From contig JANPNV010000119.1 of NCBI GenBank assembly GCA_031427625.1, positions 907-64,906 of the forward strand: a stretch of DNA of 64,000 bases. Direction: 5' to 3'. Below, piece by piece: positions 19,317 through 29,333 of this stretch. Origin of the DNA: Bacteroidota bacterium. GTDB lineage: Bacteria; Bacteroidota; Bacteroidia; AKYH767-A; 2013-40CM-41-45. A program made the translations under genes and the position numbers. Every line of letters begins with the position of its first letter. Positions within the stretch are counted from its first letter, which is position 1. Under the pieces are notes generated by a model. It was not told the DNA's origin, made no database searches, and saw only the letters and a program-made list of their open reading frames with translations.

Positions 19317-21266
19317 TTATGATTTATTTGTGTCAATACCGAGTCCTATATTAACTTCGTTATTAACTAGTTGTATGAATTCTGCTAAAGTAAAAGTACC
19401 TAGATCGCCAGCACCATGTCGGCGAACAGACACCTTGTTTTCATTAAATTCTTTTTCTCCGATAATCAGCATAAAAGGAATCTTTTTTAACTCAGAATCC
19501 CTAATTTTTTTGCCGATTTTCTCGTCCCTGCTGTCAACAAGTCCGCGAATATCGGAATTAATTAATAAATCTAAAAGTTTTTTAGCATAGTCGTTGTATT
19601 TTTCGCTTATACTAAGAATATTTACCTGATTAGGTGTCAGCCAAATAGGAAAGTCGCCTGCATAATGTTCAATCAGGAAACCAATAAAGCGCTCATGTGT
19701 TCCCAGAGGAGCCCGATGTATGCAAATAGGTGTTTCCAATTCATTTTTGGAGCTCTTATAGGTTAGACCAAATCGGGCAGGAACTGCAAAGTCAACCTGA
19801 TTTGTTGCCAGTGTAAACTCCCGGCCAATAGCACTCCAGACTTGTACGTCAATTTTGGGTCCGTAAAAAGCGGCTTCATCTGACACTTCAATATATGGAA
19901 TCTTCGAATCGATGAGAACGTTTCTCACCATATCTTCAGTCTTTTTCCATAGCTCAGGATTGTCAACATATTTCTTTCCAAGCTTCTTCGGTTCATGGAT
20001 AGAAAATCGCATGACATATTTTTCAATGTTGAAGATTTTGAAGTACTTCAGATACATCTCATTTACAGCTCTGAATTCATCAGCAAACTGTGCCTCTGTG
20101 CAGTAGATGTGTGCATCATTCATCTGTAAACAGCGAACCCTCATCAGTCCGAATAATTCTCCGGATTGTTCGTATCGGTAGCAGGTACCATATTCAGCAA
20201 GACGAACAGGCAGGTCGCGATAGGAGAGATTCATCTCTTTGTAAATCTTATGATGATGCGGGCAATTCATTGCCTTCAGATAATATTTTTCTCCTTCAAG
20301 AATCATAGGCGGATACATGCTATCCTCATAATATGGCAGGTGTCCGCTTGTGAGGTACATCGACTCTTTGGCAATGTGTGGAGTCCGTACGCGTTTATAA
20401 CCGGCTTCTTGCTCAGTTTTCTTCGCAAGTTTCTCAAGCTGTTCGATCATAGCCGCGCCATTCGGCATCCATAATGGAAGTCCCGGACCTACATCATCGT
20501 CGAATGTAAATAACTCCATTTCCTTGCCGATCTTTCGGTGATCTCTCTTCTTCGCCTCCTCAATCATAACAAGGTATTCGTCGAGCAAACTCTTCTTGGG
20601 AAAAGTTATTCCGTAAACCCTTGTGAGCTGTTTGTTGTTTTCATCACCCCTCCAATAGGCACCAGCAATGTTCGTGAGTTTAGTCGCCTTTATAAAACCG
20701 GTATCAGGAATATGTGGACCGCGACATAAGTCTGTAAAATTTCCCTGTGTGTAAAAAGTTATTTTGCCGTCTTCTAGATCCTGTAAAAGATCGAGTTTGT
20801 ATTCATCACCTTTTTGTCTGAAGAATTCGATTGCTTTTTCCTTACTTACTTCCTCACGTACATATTTATTTCCTTTACGTGCAAGCTCAAGCATCTTATC
20901 CTCAATTTTCTTAAAATCATCAGGAGAAATAGCTTGCCCGCCCAGGTCGATGTCATAATAAAAACCATTATCAACAGGAGGTCCGATGCCGAATTTCACG
21001 CCTGGATACAGATCCTCCAATGCTTCTGCCATCAGGTGAGCTGATGAATGCCACATCGTCGATTTCCCTTCGCGGTCTTCCCATGTGAGTAATTGCAACG
21101 TAGAGTCTGATTGAATTGGCCTAGTGGCATCCCAGACTTCGCCGTTGACTTTTGCTGATAAAACATTGCGTGCAAGTCCTTCACTGATGCTTTTTGCAAC
21201 ATCGATGGCAGTAATTCCTTCAGGATATTCCCTGACTTTCCCGTCGGGAAAGGTGATTTGGATCAT
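19317..21266 (-). CDS. thrS: Threonine--tRNA ligase
   Basis: 649 aa with TGS N-terminus, editing-domain HSSAH, class II core motifs and an anticodon-binding C-terminus. Confidence 0.97.
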   Translation of the reverse strand: MIQITFPDGKVREYPEGITAIDVAKSISEGLARNVLSAKVNGEVWDATRPIQSDSTLQLLTWEDREGKSTMWHSSAHLMAEALEDLYPGVKFGIGPPVDNGFYYDIDLGGQAISPDDFKKIEDKMLELARKGNKYVREEVSKEKAIEFFRQKGDEYKLDLLQDLEDGKITFYTQGNFTDLCRGPHIPDTGFIKATKLTNIAGAYWRGDENNKQLTRVYGITFPKKSLLDEYLVMIEEAKKRDHRKIGKEMELFTFDDDVGPGLPLWMPNGAAMIEQLEKLAKKTEQEAGYKRVRTPHIAKESMYLTSGHLPYYEDSMYPPMILEGEKYYLKAMNCPHHHKIYKEMNLSYRDLPVRLAEYGTCYRYEQSGELFGLMRVRCLQMNDAHIYCTEAQFADEFRAVNEMYLKYFKIFNIEKYVMRFSIHEPKKLGKKYVDNPELWKKTEDMVRNVLIDSKIPYIEVSDEAAFYGPKIDVQVWSAIGREFTLATNQVDFAVPARFGLTYKSSKNELETPICIHRAPLGTHERFIGFLIEHYAGDFPIWLTPNQVNILSISEKYNDYAKKLLDLLINSDIRGLVDSRDEKIGKKIRDSELKKIPFMLIIGEKEFNENKVSVRRHGAGDLGTFTLAEFIQLVNNEVNIGLGIDTNKS

Positions 21267-21392
21267 AGTAGTTCTATGGATTTAAAAGGACGGTAAATAT
21301 ATTAAATCCATTCGTTACCAGAGGAGGTAAGAGGTTATAAGTTGTTAAGATATTTCAATTTTATTAAACGACGGGAAATTGGGGGCGGGGGC

Positions 21393-21794
21393 TCAGACTT
21401 TTTCCTTGTCCAGTATTTCCGATATATCGGGAAGGAAATAATTGTTGCTCTTCATGATTTTCCCGTCTTCTCTGTAAATAGGTTTTCCATTATCATCCAA
21501 TTTACTCATGTTGCTACGATGAATCTCATCAAAGATCTCTTCAATTTTATGCTGAAGTCCATGAGCTATAATAGTTCCAAAAAGAATATACATCTTATCA
21601 CCTAACGCATCTGCGATTTGAGTCAGATCATTATCTCTGCAAGCGTCTAGGTACTCATCATTTTCTTCCTCCATAAGGCGATGTCTTAAATCGACAATCT
21701 TTTGATCCAGTTTAGCAACAGGAGCTTCGTGAAATGGCAGACCAAATACCTGATGAAACTCTTTTACTTTATTGATCTTTTCGAGTAAATCCAT
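21393..21794 (-). CDS. MazG-like nucleotide pyrophosphohydrolase family protein
   Basis: 133 aa all-alpha protein with an acidic EExxE...D pattern (RLMEEENDEYLDA...IADALGD). Confidence 0.55.
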   Translation of the reverse strand: MDLLEKINKVKEFHQVFGLPFHEAPVAKLDQKIVDLRHRLMEEENDEYLDACRDNDLTQIADALGDKMYILFGTIIAHGLQHKIEEIFDEIHRSNMSKLDDNGKPIYREDGKIMKSNNYFLPDISEILDKEKV

Positions 21795-21943
21795 TGTTAT
21801 GTAATTTGAAAATTTAAGAATGGCTAATTTGAGAATGAAATCTGCTTAAATTGTGAATTGATCGGGATGTGCAAATTGAAGTTTTCGTGTAGCCGTTTGA
21901 ATTTTGGTACAATAATTTTCAAATTGGCACATTCTCACATTAT

Positions 21944-23575
21944 TTAAGTCTGAATCACTCCAACATTATATTGTTTTCTGATAGGAGCATGTTCAGCGGC
22001 TTCAATTCCCATGGCAATCCATTTACGTGTATCGGCCGGATCGATGATGGCATCAATCCAAAGTCTGGAAGCAGCATAATACGGTGAGGTCTGAGCATCA
22101 TAACGATCAGTAATTGTTTTCAGTAATTCTTTTTCATCTTCCGGAGTTATTTCTTTTCCCTTACTCTTCAGACTACTTACTTGTATCTGCAGAAGCGTTT
22201 TCGCTGCTTGCGAACCGCCCATTACTGCAATCTTCGCAGTAGGCCATCCGACAATCAGTCTCGGATCATAGGCTTTACCACACATTGCATAATTTCCAGC
22301 GCCATAACTGTTGCCTATAATAACCGTGAACTTCGGAACAACGGAATTACTCATGGCATTTACCAGTTTTGCTCCGTCTTTGATAATTCCTCCCTGCTCA
22401 CTTCTCGAACCAACCATAAATCCTGTAACATCCTGGAGAAAAACTAGTGGCATCTTTCTCTGATTGCAGTTCATAATGAATCGTGCGGCTTTATCGGCAG
22501 AGTCAGAATAAATTACCCCACCGAATTGCATTTCGCCTTTTTTGCTCTTTACAACTTTACGTTGATTTGCTACAATTCCGACTGCCCAGCCGTCGATACG
22601 CGCTACTCCGCAGATAATGCTTTGACCAAACTTATCTTTGTACTCATCAAAATCACTGTCGTCGATAAGTCTATAAATTACCTCATGCATGTCATATTGT
22701 TTACTTGCATCTGTCGGTACAAGTCCATAGAGATCTTTGGGATCCTTCTTTGGCGGCAATGGTTTGGCGCGGTTAAATCCGGCAGTTTCAAAACTTCCAA
22801 TTTTGCTGAAGATATTCCTGATATGATCGAGTGCTGATTTATCGTCAGGAAATTTATTGTCGGTGACACCAGAAATTTCCGATTGTGTGGTCGCTCCTCC
22901 AAGCGATTCATTGTCTATGTCTTCTCCGATGGCTGCTTTTACGAGGTAAGATCCTGCAAGGAAAATTGTTCCCGTCTTATCAACGATCATGGCTTCATCA
23001 CTCATAATGGGGAGGTAGGCACCACCAGCTACGCAACTTCCCATAATTGCTGCTACCTGAATGATTCCCATAGAAGACATAATTGCATTGTTCCTGAAAA
23101 TTCTTCCGAAGTGTTCTTTGTCGGGAAATATCTCGTCCTGCATAGGAAGAAATACGCCGGCGCTGTCGACTAGATAAATAATTGGCAACATATTTTCCAT
23201 TGAAATCTCTTGCATGCGGAGATTTTTCTTGGCGGTTAAAGGAAACCAAGCGCCTGCTTTGACAGTTGCATCGTTGGCGACGATGATACATTGTCTGTTG
23301 CTGACATAGCCAATACCTGCAACGACACCTGCTGCAGGACATCCGCCATATTCTTCATACATGTCATCGGCGGCAAAGGCTCCAATTTCGATAAAGTCTG
23401 AATCTTTATCGATGAGGTATTCTATGCGTTCTCTTGCAAGGAGTTTTCCCTGATCTTTTTGTTTCGCGGCATTCTTTTCACCACCACCTTTATATACTTT
23501 CTCCAGCCGGAATTTTAACTGGTCGACCAACTGACGCATGGCATCTTCGTTCTTGTTAAATTCTATATCGCTCAT
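21944..23575 (-). CDS. Acyl-CoA carboxylase carboxyltransferase (beta) subunit, methylcrotonyl-/propionyl-CoA carboxylase-like
   Basis: 543 aa with two crotonase-like halves, including the GGCPAAGVVAGIG...ANDATVKAGAW and GSCVAGGAYLP blocks. Confidence 0.85.
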   Translation of the reverse strand: MSDIEFNKNEDAMRQLVDQLKFRLEKVYKGGGEKNAAKQKDQGKLLARERIEYLIDKDSDFIEIGAFAADDMYEEYGGCPAAGVVAGIGYVSNRQCIIVANDATVKAGAWFPLTAKKNLRMQEISMENMLPIIYLVDSAGVFLPMQDEIFPDKEHFGRIFRNNAIMSSMGIIQVAAIMGSCVAGGAYLPIMSDEAMIVDKTGTIFLAGSYLVKAAIGEDIDNESLGGATTQSEISGVTDNKFPDDKSALDHIRNIFSKIGSFETAGFNRAKPLPPKKDPKDLYGLVPTDASKQYDMHEVIYRLIDDSDFDEYKDKFGQSIICGVARIDGWAVGIVANQRKVVKSKKGEMQFGGVIYSDSADKAARFIMNCNQRKMPLVFLQDVTGFMVGSRSEQGGIIKDGAKLVNAMSNSVVPKFTVIIGNSYGAGNYAMCGKAYDPRLIVGWPTAKIAVMGGSQAAKTLLQIQVSSLKSKGKEITPEDEKELLKTITDRYDAQTSPYYAASRLWIDAIIDPADTRKWIAMGIEAAEHAPIRKQYNVGVIQT

Positions 23576-23629
23576 AAAGGCCTCAAGATAGAAATTTGTT
23601 CAATGGGATGAATTCATTTGCCGATGTTT

Positions 23630-23998
23630 CTACTTCCGGAAAACGAAATAAACTGCCAGTATCATAAATACAAAACTGATAAGGTAATTCCAATGCAGCT
23701 TATCGGTTTTAAAGATAAATACAGCACAAAAAGTAAAAACCGTTAATGTTATTACTTCTTGAATTATTTTAAGCTGGAACAAATTAAAGGGGCCGCCATT
23801 GCTTTCATGTCCGATTCTGTTACCTGGAACCTGAAATGCGTATTCAAACAAAGCAATGAACCAACTGATGAATATCAGGAATGCAAGACCTTTACTCTGA
23901 AAAATATTCCATTTCTTAAACTGTAAATGACCATACCAGGCGAATGTCATAAAGAAATTGGATACGGTTAGCAGTAAAATTGAATAAACGCCTCTCAC
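23630..23998 (-). CDS. DMT-superfamily small membrane protein (DUF486)
   Basis: 122 aa with 4 TM segments and an FAWYGHL motif. Its GTG start overlaps the upstream stop (GTGA). Confidence 0.65.
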   Translation of the reverse strand: MRGVYSILLLTVSNFFMTFAWYGHLQFKKWNIFQSKGLAFLIFISWFIALFEYAFQVPGNRIGHESNGGPFNLFQLKIIQEVITLTVFTFCAVFIFKTDKLHWNYLISFVFMILAVYFVFRK

Positions 23999-24849
23999 TT
24001 ATTAATTGTTTTTCTGTTTCTATGTATAAAGTTGTCAAACCAAAATGGCTTATACTCAAATTTCGAAAAAACAATTTCAAATTCTTTTAGATTAGATGGC
24101 TCGGACGTGTGATAAAGCCAGACATTAATACTTACACGTTCATTATTTGTCTGGTATTCGTAATCTGGTTTAATTGTGCAGTTCGTTATTTGCAGAGGAA
24201 TATCTTCCGGACCGACTGCATCATAATATGATTTGAACATCACTCTTTTACGCCTGACTTCAATCAAATGTTTGGTAGGTAATAATAAGTCAGTCTTGAA
24301 CCTGATTGCTTCAGATTCTTTCGGCTGAATTACATATTGTGTATTAAGTGACGAGTCTTTTCCCCATTGAGAAATTTCAATATCTATTTCTTTATGAAAA
24401 TTACTCGAGTCTTCTCTGTCGTAGAAAAACATTCCAACAACTATATCTTTATCCATCTGGTGTGGTAGGGGTTCGAGGTAAAAATAATAGCGGCCATAAC
24501 CAAGTCCGTCAACCATTCTTACCTCGGGACAATACCATTTATCGTTTCTGTTTGTAAGACGAAGATGTAGTTTTCCTGTACTGTCAACATAAACATTTTC
24601 CCTTGTGCCGGAAAAAAGATTGTTTCCCGGACCGGTACGTCTGTCGTTTGATTCTTTTGTGACCCAGTTATAACCTGAAAATTTAATAGTGTCTCCCTGA
24701 TTTTCGGAAATCTTTTTTTGCAGACCCTCTGCTTTCATGCTGATGAAATAAATAAGAGTAATTCCCAGGATTGATGCAGGGGCAATACTTAATACGCGTT
24801 TACTTTTTAAGAACGTTCGAATCAATGGTATAATCTTCCTTAATTTCAT
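23995..24849 (-). CDS. Membrane-anchored GH16-like (concanavalin-fold glucanase-like) protein
   Basis: 284 aa with an N-terminal TM anchor and an EIDIE motif matching the GH16 ExDxE catalytic signature. Its ATG overlaps the xerD stop (ATGA). Confidence 0.55.
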   Translation of the reverse strand: MKLRKIIPLIRTFLKSKRVLSIAPASILGITLIYFISMKAEGLQKKISENQGDTIKFSGYNWVTKESNDRRTGPGNNLFSGTRENVYVDSTGKLHLRLTNRNDKWYCPEVRMVDGLGYGRYYFYLEPLPHQMDKDIVVGMFFYDREDSSNFHKEIDIEISQWGKDSSLNTQYVIQPKESEAIRFKTDLLLPTKHLIEVRRKRVMFKSYYDAVGPEDIPLQITNCTIKPDYEYQTNNERVSINVWLYHTSEPSNLKEFEIVFSKFEYKPFWFDNFIHRNRKTINK

Positions 24850-25739
24850 GCTCTCGGGTGATGTTTTATAATAGAAGCACGAAGAAAATCGCGATCCAAA
24901 TGCGTGTATATTTCGGTAGTTGTAATTGATTCATGACCGAGCATTTCCTGAACGGCTCTCAGATCTGCGCCGCCTTCAATTAAATGTGTGGCAAAGGAAT
25001 GTCGAAATGTGTGAGGGCTTATACTTTTTTTCAAGCCAATTCTTTCTGCAAGTTGTTTGATTATCAGAAATACCATAACACGAGAAAGTGGTCTTCCACG
25101 TTTGTTGAGGAACATAAAATCTTCACTGCCTTTCTGTATTCCTATGTGAGGCCTGATTTCATCCATGTAAATTTTAATATGTTTGGCTGCAACACTTCCC
25201 ATGGGAACTAACCTTTCTTTGTCGCCCTTTCCAATCACTTTCAGAAATCCGATTTCCATATGAACATTCGAAATCTTTAATCCCGTTAGTTCGCTCACAC
25301 GTAAACCACAGCTATACAAAGTTTCGAGCATTGCTTTATTTCTGACGCCTTCGGGTTTGCTTAGGTCAATCGCTTCAACGATGTTGTTGATGTCTTCAAC
25401 ACTTAATGTGTCAGGAAGTTTTCGCCCTAGACGGGGCGACTCTAAAAGCTGTGATGGATCATCCGTAATGAGATTTTCTATCAGGCAGTATTTAAAAAAT
25501 CCTTTCAGACCTGAAATAATTCGTGCCTGACTGCGGCCACCCAATCCAAGTTCATTAATCCATTTGATGAAATCCTGAAGATGACTAAGACCTATCCGCG
25601 ATGGTTCAAGATTTAGCTTCTTAAAATGCAGGAATTTCTCAAGCAGGGATATATCATGAAGGTATGCTTCGACGGAATTTTCCGAAAGCGAACGTTCAAG
25701 ACGTAAATAGGATTTAAACCCGGGGATATGACTTTTCAA
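24846..25739 (-). CDS. xerD: Tyrosine site-specific recombinase XerD
   Basis: 297 aa with a TTG start. It has an N-terminal SAM-like core-binding domain and the C-terminal HTFRHSFATHLIEGGADLRAVQEMLGHESITTTEIYTH block. Confidence 0.85.
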   Translation of the reverse strand: MKSHIPGFKSYLRLERSLSENSVEAYLHDISLLEKFLHFKKLNLEPSRIGLSHLQDFIKWINELGLGGRSQARIISGLKGFFKYCLIENLITDDPSQLLESPRLGRKLPDTLSVEDINNIVEAIDLSKPEGVRNKAMLETLYSCGLRVSELTGLKISNVHMEIGFLKVIGKGDKERLVPMGSVAAKHIKIYMDEIRPHIGIQKGSEDFMFLNKRGRPLSRVMVFLIIKQLAERIGLKKSISPHTFRHSFATHLIEGGADLRAVQEMLGHESITTTEIYTHLDRDFLRASIIKHHPRA

Positions 25740-25863
25740 ATTCAGATAAAAATGGTCTTCTCAAAAATGCTTATAAGTGTGGCTAAATCGCCGGTGTGAC
25801 TTAAAAACTTATTCACATTACTTTTTGAAAAATAGTAAGTATTTTACCTCACTTTTATCAACT

Positions 25864-26307
25864 ATGCACATACACATAATCAACGGACCGAATCTCAACC
25901 TGTTGGGATTGAGGGAGCCGACAGTCTACGGCACTATTTCTTTCAACGATTTTTTTGAAGGATTGAGGAAGGACTATAACCTAACTATAACAAATTATCA
26001 GAGTAATATCGAGGGTGAACTTATCAACAATTTACATGAACAGGGTTTTTCAGCAGACGGAATAGTGATTAATGCCGGAGGATATACGCATACTTCTGTT
26101 GCTCTTGCCGATGCAATTGCAGCTATTAAAAGCCCGGTTATTGAAGTTCACCTTTCGAATATTTTTGCAAGGGAAGACTACAGACATGTTTCACTGATTG
26201 CATCAAAATGCATTGGAAGTATTTCCGGTTTCGGATTAAATTCTTATCGTCTTGCTATTGATGCATTTCTTTACGCAAATAAAAATCATGAAGCGGGGCA
26301 AGGTTAA
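25864..26307 (+). CDS. aroQ: Type II 3-dehydroquinate dehydratase
   Basis: ATG 25864 gives MHIHIINGPNLNLLGLREPTVYG. The ORF-track N-terminal extension has no homology-like features. Confidence 0.92.
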   Translation: MHIHIINGPNLNLLGLREPTVYGTISFNDFFEGLRKDYNLTITNYQSNIEGELINNLHEQGFSADGIVINAGGYTHTSVALADAIAAIKSPVIEVHLSNIFAREDYRHVSLIASKCIGSISGFGLNSYRLAIDAFLYANKNHEAGQG

Positions 26308-26328
26308 TTTTTAAGTCGTATGAATCTT

Positions 26329-28260
26329 CTATTTTAGCATGTAAGCAAATGACATGCTTTTTTTCATCTCTTTCTGCATCTTGATAATTTTATCATGCGC
26401 TGTTTCTGCCCGTGCAAGTCTGTTCACATCTGCATTCGCTTTGTAAAATTCAATATGCCAGTCGAGCATAGCCTGAAAATCTACCAACTTATCAAGTGCT
26501 GCGGGATCATTGTAGATTAAATCTGATTTCAGGAAAGGGAAATTCATGTCAATAAAAAAATCGTTCGCAGTACTATCTCCTGGAAGCGACGATGAAAAAC
26601 ATCCTGATACAAATCGCCTCGGATTATAATATTTGTGAGTGCTGTAAAAATAATGTGCCTGAGGATCTGTCAGGAATTGATGATGTTCCGAAGCGGCAAT
26701 TGATTCCATCTTTGTAATTAATGTTTTAAAGTCATTCACAAGGGTAATTGTACTTAAGTCACATCCTGTATTGACAGCCTGATGCGGGTGCTCTGCTGTC
26801 AAATCCTTAATAAAGGTATCGTATTCATTTTTTATCTTACTATAAAATTGAGGGTAGAGAGTTGGAAGAATTTTGTAGTGAGTAAATTTAATATCAGAAT
26901 TTAAAACAACAAGATCAGGTCTGAAGTTCTCTGCAATTCTATAGTAATAATATTGAATCACTGTTGTCCAGTCCGATATGATAATGATGCTGTTTGGTGG
27001 GGCTGACTTGTCAAGTAATTCCATCAGTGATTCACTTACAGGATAACTCTTTTTATTATTTATCGGATAGTTATATGCAATCTGAATACAGAGAAGAACA
27101 GGTATGACGTATACCAATTTAAATTTATCTAAATAATAAATCGCACCGTATAAAACAGGAATTGTTAGTATGAGAAACGGAAGAAGCATGTATGCATCAG
27201 TACTTGACCATTGATTGTTGTTTACCTGATAAATAAATAAGAAAATATAATAGAGAAGAATCATCCACATTAACCTGAATAATTTTCTTTTTATCAGGAT
27301 GATTATTCCGGCGATAAATAGCGGTGTAAACAGAAACAATTGAAAGAAAGTCAACTTTAGAAAAAACGGGACCCTTGAACTAATGATACTGGCGGAAGTT
27401 GATGTAATATTTTTTGAGTAAACGCCTCCGCTTATATGGTAATATAATTCGCTTAATGTATCCGGTTTGCCGAACATAAAGGGATAGATACTTTGAGCCC
27501 TATAGGACATCCAACCATAAAAAAAACAAGTAATTCCCAAAGTGACACCTGCAAGCAAAAGAAAGTGAGGCATTGTCAGAACTGATATCAATTGTCTGGC
27601 AAAGCTTTTTCCCTGATCCTTTGTTCTTTTCTTTTTACTAACTACATCTTCACGTATGAAGATATCTTTTAGGAAAAATACTGTGGTAAAAGGAAGGAAC
27701 AGGATCATTGTCAGGTGATGATTGCAAAGTCCCAATGCAAGTCCCAATGCGGCAATCCAGATAGCAATAAGTTTTCCTGAAAAGTGATAGTAGGTTAGTC
27801 CGTAGAAAGCCACCGCCATGGCAATAACCTGAAAACTGTATACTTCAACTGTGTTTCCCCAGGCCCACGTTGTTGCTCCTGTGGCATATGATACTGCAAT
27901 AAGGCAGCATATCAGCAAATTCTTTATGCTATCCTCCTTCAGAATATTGACAGATATAATTTTAAAGGAACAATAAAGAAGAAGTGAAGAAAACGAAATG
28001 CAAAGTGCAGAAAATACATTCATTGCATTTATAATGTTCATTCCGAAGATTCCAGTAATGGTAGTCCAGGTCATTCCTGCCAATATATATGCGGGTGTAC
28101 CAGGTGGATGAGCGATGCTTCCAAGTTTGATAACAAGTGCAAACTCTGCAGCATCATCAAACATGAGCGAACTGGAGCTTGTAAGCAGGAAGCATACTAG
28201 TGGTACTACAAAGCTAAGCAGGAGGAAAGGTAAATCACGTAATGTAAAAATCCGTTTCAT
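26329..28260 (-). CDS. DUF2723 polytopic membrane protein (GT-C-like)
   Basis: 643 aa. The N-terminal DDAAEFALVIKLGSIAHPPGTPAY block resembles the DUF2723 signature, and about 12 TM segments precede a soluble C-terminal domain. Confidence 0.6.
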   Translation of the reverse strand: MKRIFTLRDLPFLLLSFVVPLVCFLLTSSSSLMFDDAAEFALVIKLGSIAHPPGTPAYILAGMTWTTITGIFGMNIINAMNVFSALCISFSSLLLYCSFKIISVNILKEDSIKNLLICCLIAVSYATGATTWAWGNTVEVYSFQVIAMAVAFYGLTYYHFSGKLIAIWIAALGLALGLCNHHLTMILFLPFTTVFFLKDIFIREDVVSKKKRTKDQGKSFARQLISVLTMPHFLLLAGVTLGITCFFYGWMSYRAQSIYPFMFGKPDTLSELYYHISGGVYSKNITSTSASIISSRVPFFLKLTFFQLFLFTPLFIAGIIILIKRKLFRLMWMILLYYIFLFIYQVNNNQWSSTDAYMLLPFLILTIPVLYGAIYYLDKFKLVYVIPVLLCIQIAYNYPINNKKSYPVSESLMELLDKSAPPNSIIIISDWTTVIQYYYYRIAENFRPDLVVLNSDIKFTHYKILPTLYPQFYSKIKNEYDTFIKDLTAEHPHQAVNTGCDLSTITLVNDFKTLITKMESIAASEHHQFLTDPQAHYFYSTHKYYNPRRFVSGCFSSSLPGDSTANDFFIDMNFPFLKSDLIYNDPAALDKLVDFQAMLDWHIEFYKANADVNRLARAETAHDKIIKMQKEMKKSMSFAYMLK

Positions 28261-28340
28261 AGTTCTGGTTTCGGCTATGACTAAAATAATAATCTATAGA
28301 TAAATAAAAAACAGAAGTATTATTTTCTGTTCTGAAATTG

Positions 28341-29294
28341 TTAGATCAATTCTGATATTCTCTCTCTCCATATCAGGACTATTACGCCGAATATAGCTAC
28401 AACTAATCCTGATAATGATGTTTTAGTAATCTTTTCTTTAAATATCAATGCGGAAATAATAAAAGCAAATGCCGGTACGAGTGAGAATATGGTCTGTGCA
28501 ACTGAAGCGTCAATCAATGAAACAGCATATAAGGCAAGTGTTACACCTAGTATGGGTCCGAAAAATGCTCCCGCAAGCGCATACTTAATGCCTTTGTTTT
28601 TATTTGTAATTATTGGTATTATCATAGTTTTAATTCGTCCTGTAATAATAGAGAATAAAAGTATAGATACGGTTGCTGATGAAAGTCTGATAAATGTGGC
28701 ATTGAGTGGAATGAGCGGAAAACTTACTGGTTGTGACAGCATTCCTTTTTTTGCTAAAACAAGTCCTGCCCCCTGACAGAGTGCACCTATAATGCCGGCA
28801 AAAATTCCGAATGCAATTGAACCATGACCATGATCTGGAATTTTGTTTCTTTCGCTCTTGCCGAAGCTGATAAAATTAACGCCTGTAATTGTAATTACGA
28901 TTCCGATAATTCCTATGTAAGATATATGCTCATTGATTATTAACGCACCGAGAATTAATGCTGCAGCAGGTGCGATAGTAGTTAACACACTACCGATTCT
29001 CGCTCCGAGAATGCTGAACATGGCAAAGGCAAAATAATCGCCGATGGCCAAACCAATTACCCCTGAAAGCCCGAGCCAGAACCATGAGTTATAATATTGT
29101 GAAGAAAACAGGATTGTAAAATTTCTTCCCTCGACCAGATAACTAAATGTTCCGATGACGATTGTGGCAAGTAAAAGCCTGAAGTGATTCATCGGATTCG
29201 TTCCGAGGCGTCGGGCAGCTTGTGTAAATGGAAAAATCCCTATCGACCAGAATAAGGTTGTCAGCAACGCAAAGATTATCCCGGTATTAATCAC
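28341..29294 (-). CDS. EamA/DMT family transporter
   Basis: 317 aa with 10 TM segments in two EamA-like halves and a GTG start. Confidence 0.8.
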   Translation of the reverse strand: MINTGIIFALLTTLFWSIGIFPFTQAARRLGTNPMNHFRLLLATIVIGTFSYLVEGRNFTILFSSQYYNSWFWLGLSGVIGLAIGDYFAFAMFSILGARIGSVLTTIAPAAALILGALIINEHISYIGIIGIVITITGVNFISFGKSERNKIPDHGHGSIAFGIFAGIIGALCQGAGLVLAKKGMLSQPVSFPLIPLNATFIRLSSATVSILLFSIITGRIKTMIIPIITNKNKGIKYALAGAFFGPILGVTLALYAVSLIDASVAQTIFSLVPAFAFIISALIFKEKITKTSLSGLVVAIFGVIVLIWRERISELI

Positions 29295-29333
29295 AAATTA
29301 TTTTTTTGGAATTCATCATCGTAATCTTGTCTA

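Noticed and set aside
21277-21310. 8-bp-stem hairpin (TGGATTTA-N18-TAAATCCA) 11 nt upstream of the thrS ATG, considered as a ThrRS autoregulatory tRNA-mimic operator like that of E. coli.
   Set aside because: The loop is 18 nt rather than a 7-nt anticodon-like loop. It contains CGU only in a CCGUCC context, not the CU-NGU-AA pattern. The AT-rich stem could be fortuitous. The evidence is insufficient.
24846-25739. Tyrosine recombinase as a marker of an integrated mobile element.
   Set aside because: The sequence and its divergent pairing with aroQ fit chromosomal XerD. No flanking direct repeats, tRNA target, excisionase, or phage or conjugation genes are present.
25777-25863. N-terminal extensions offered by the ORF track for aroQ. 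The same issue applies to uvrA 43487-43558, PspC 12099-12146, the S8 peptidase 51105-51143 and the DUF2807 protein 11099-11146.
   Set aside because: The extensions begin at non-ATG codons or precede the conserved family N-terminus or signal peptide. Several overlap putative -7 boxes. Internal ATG starts give canonical N-termini.
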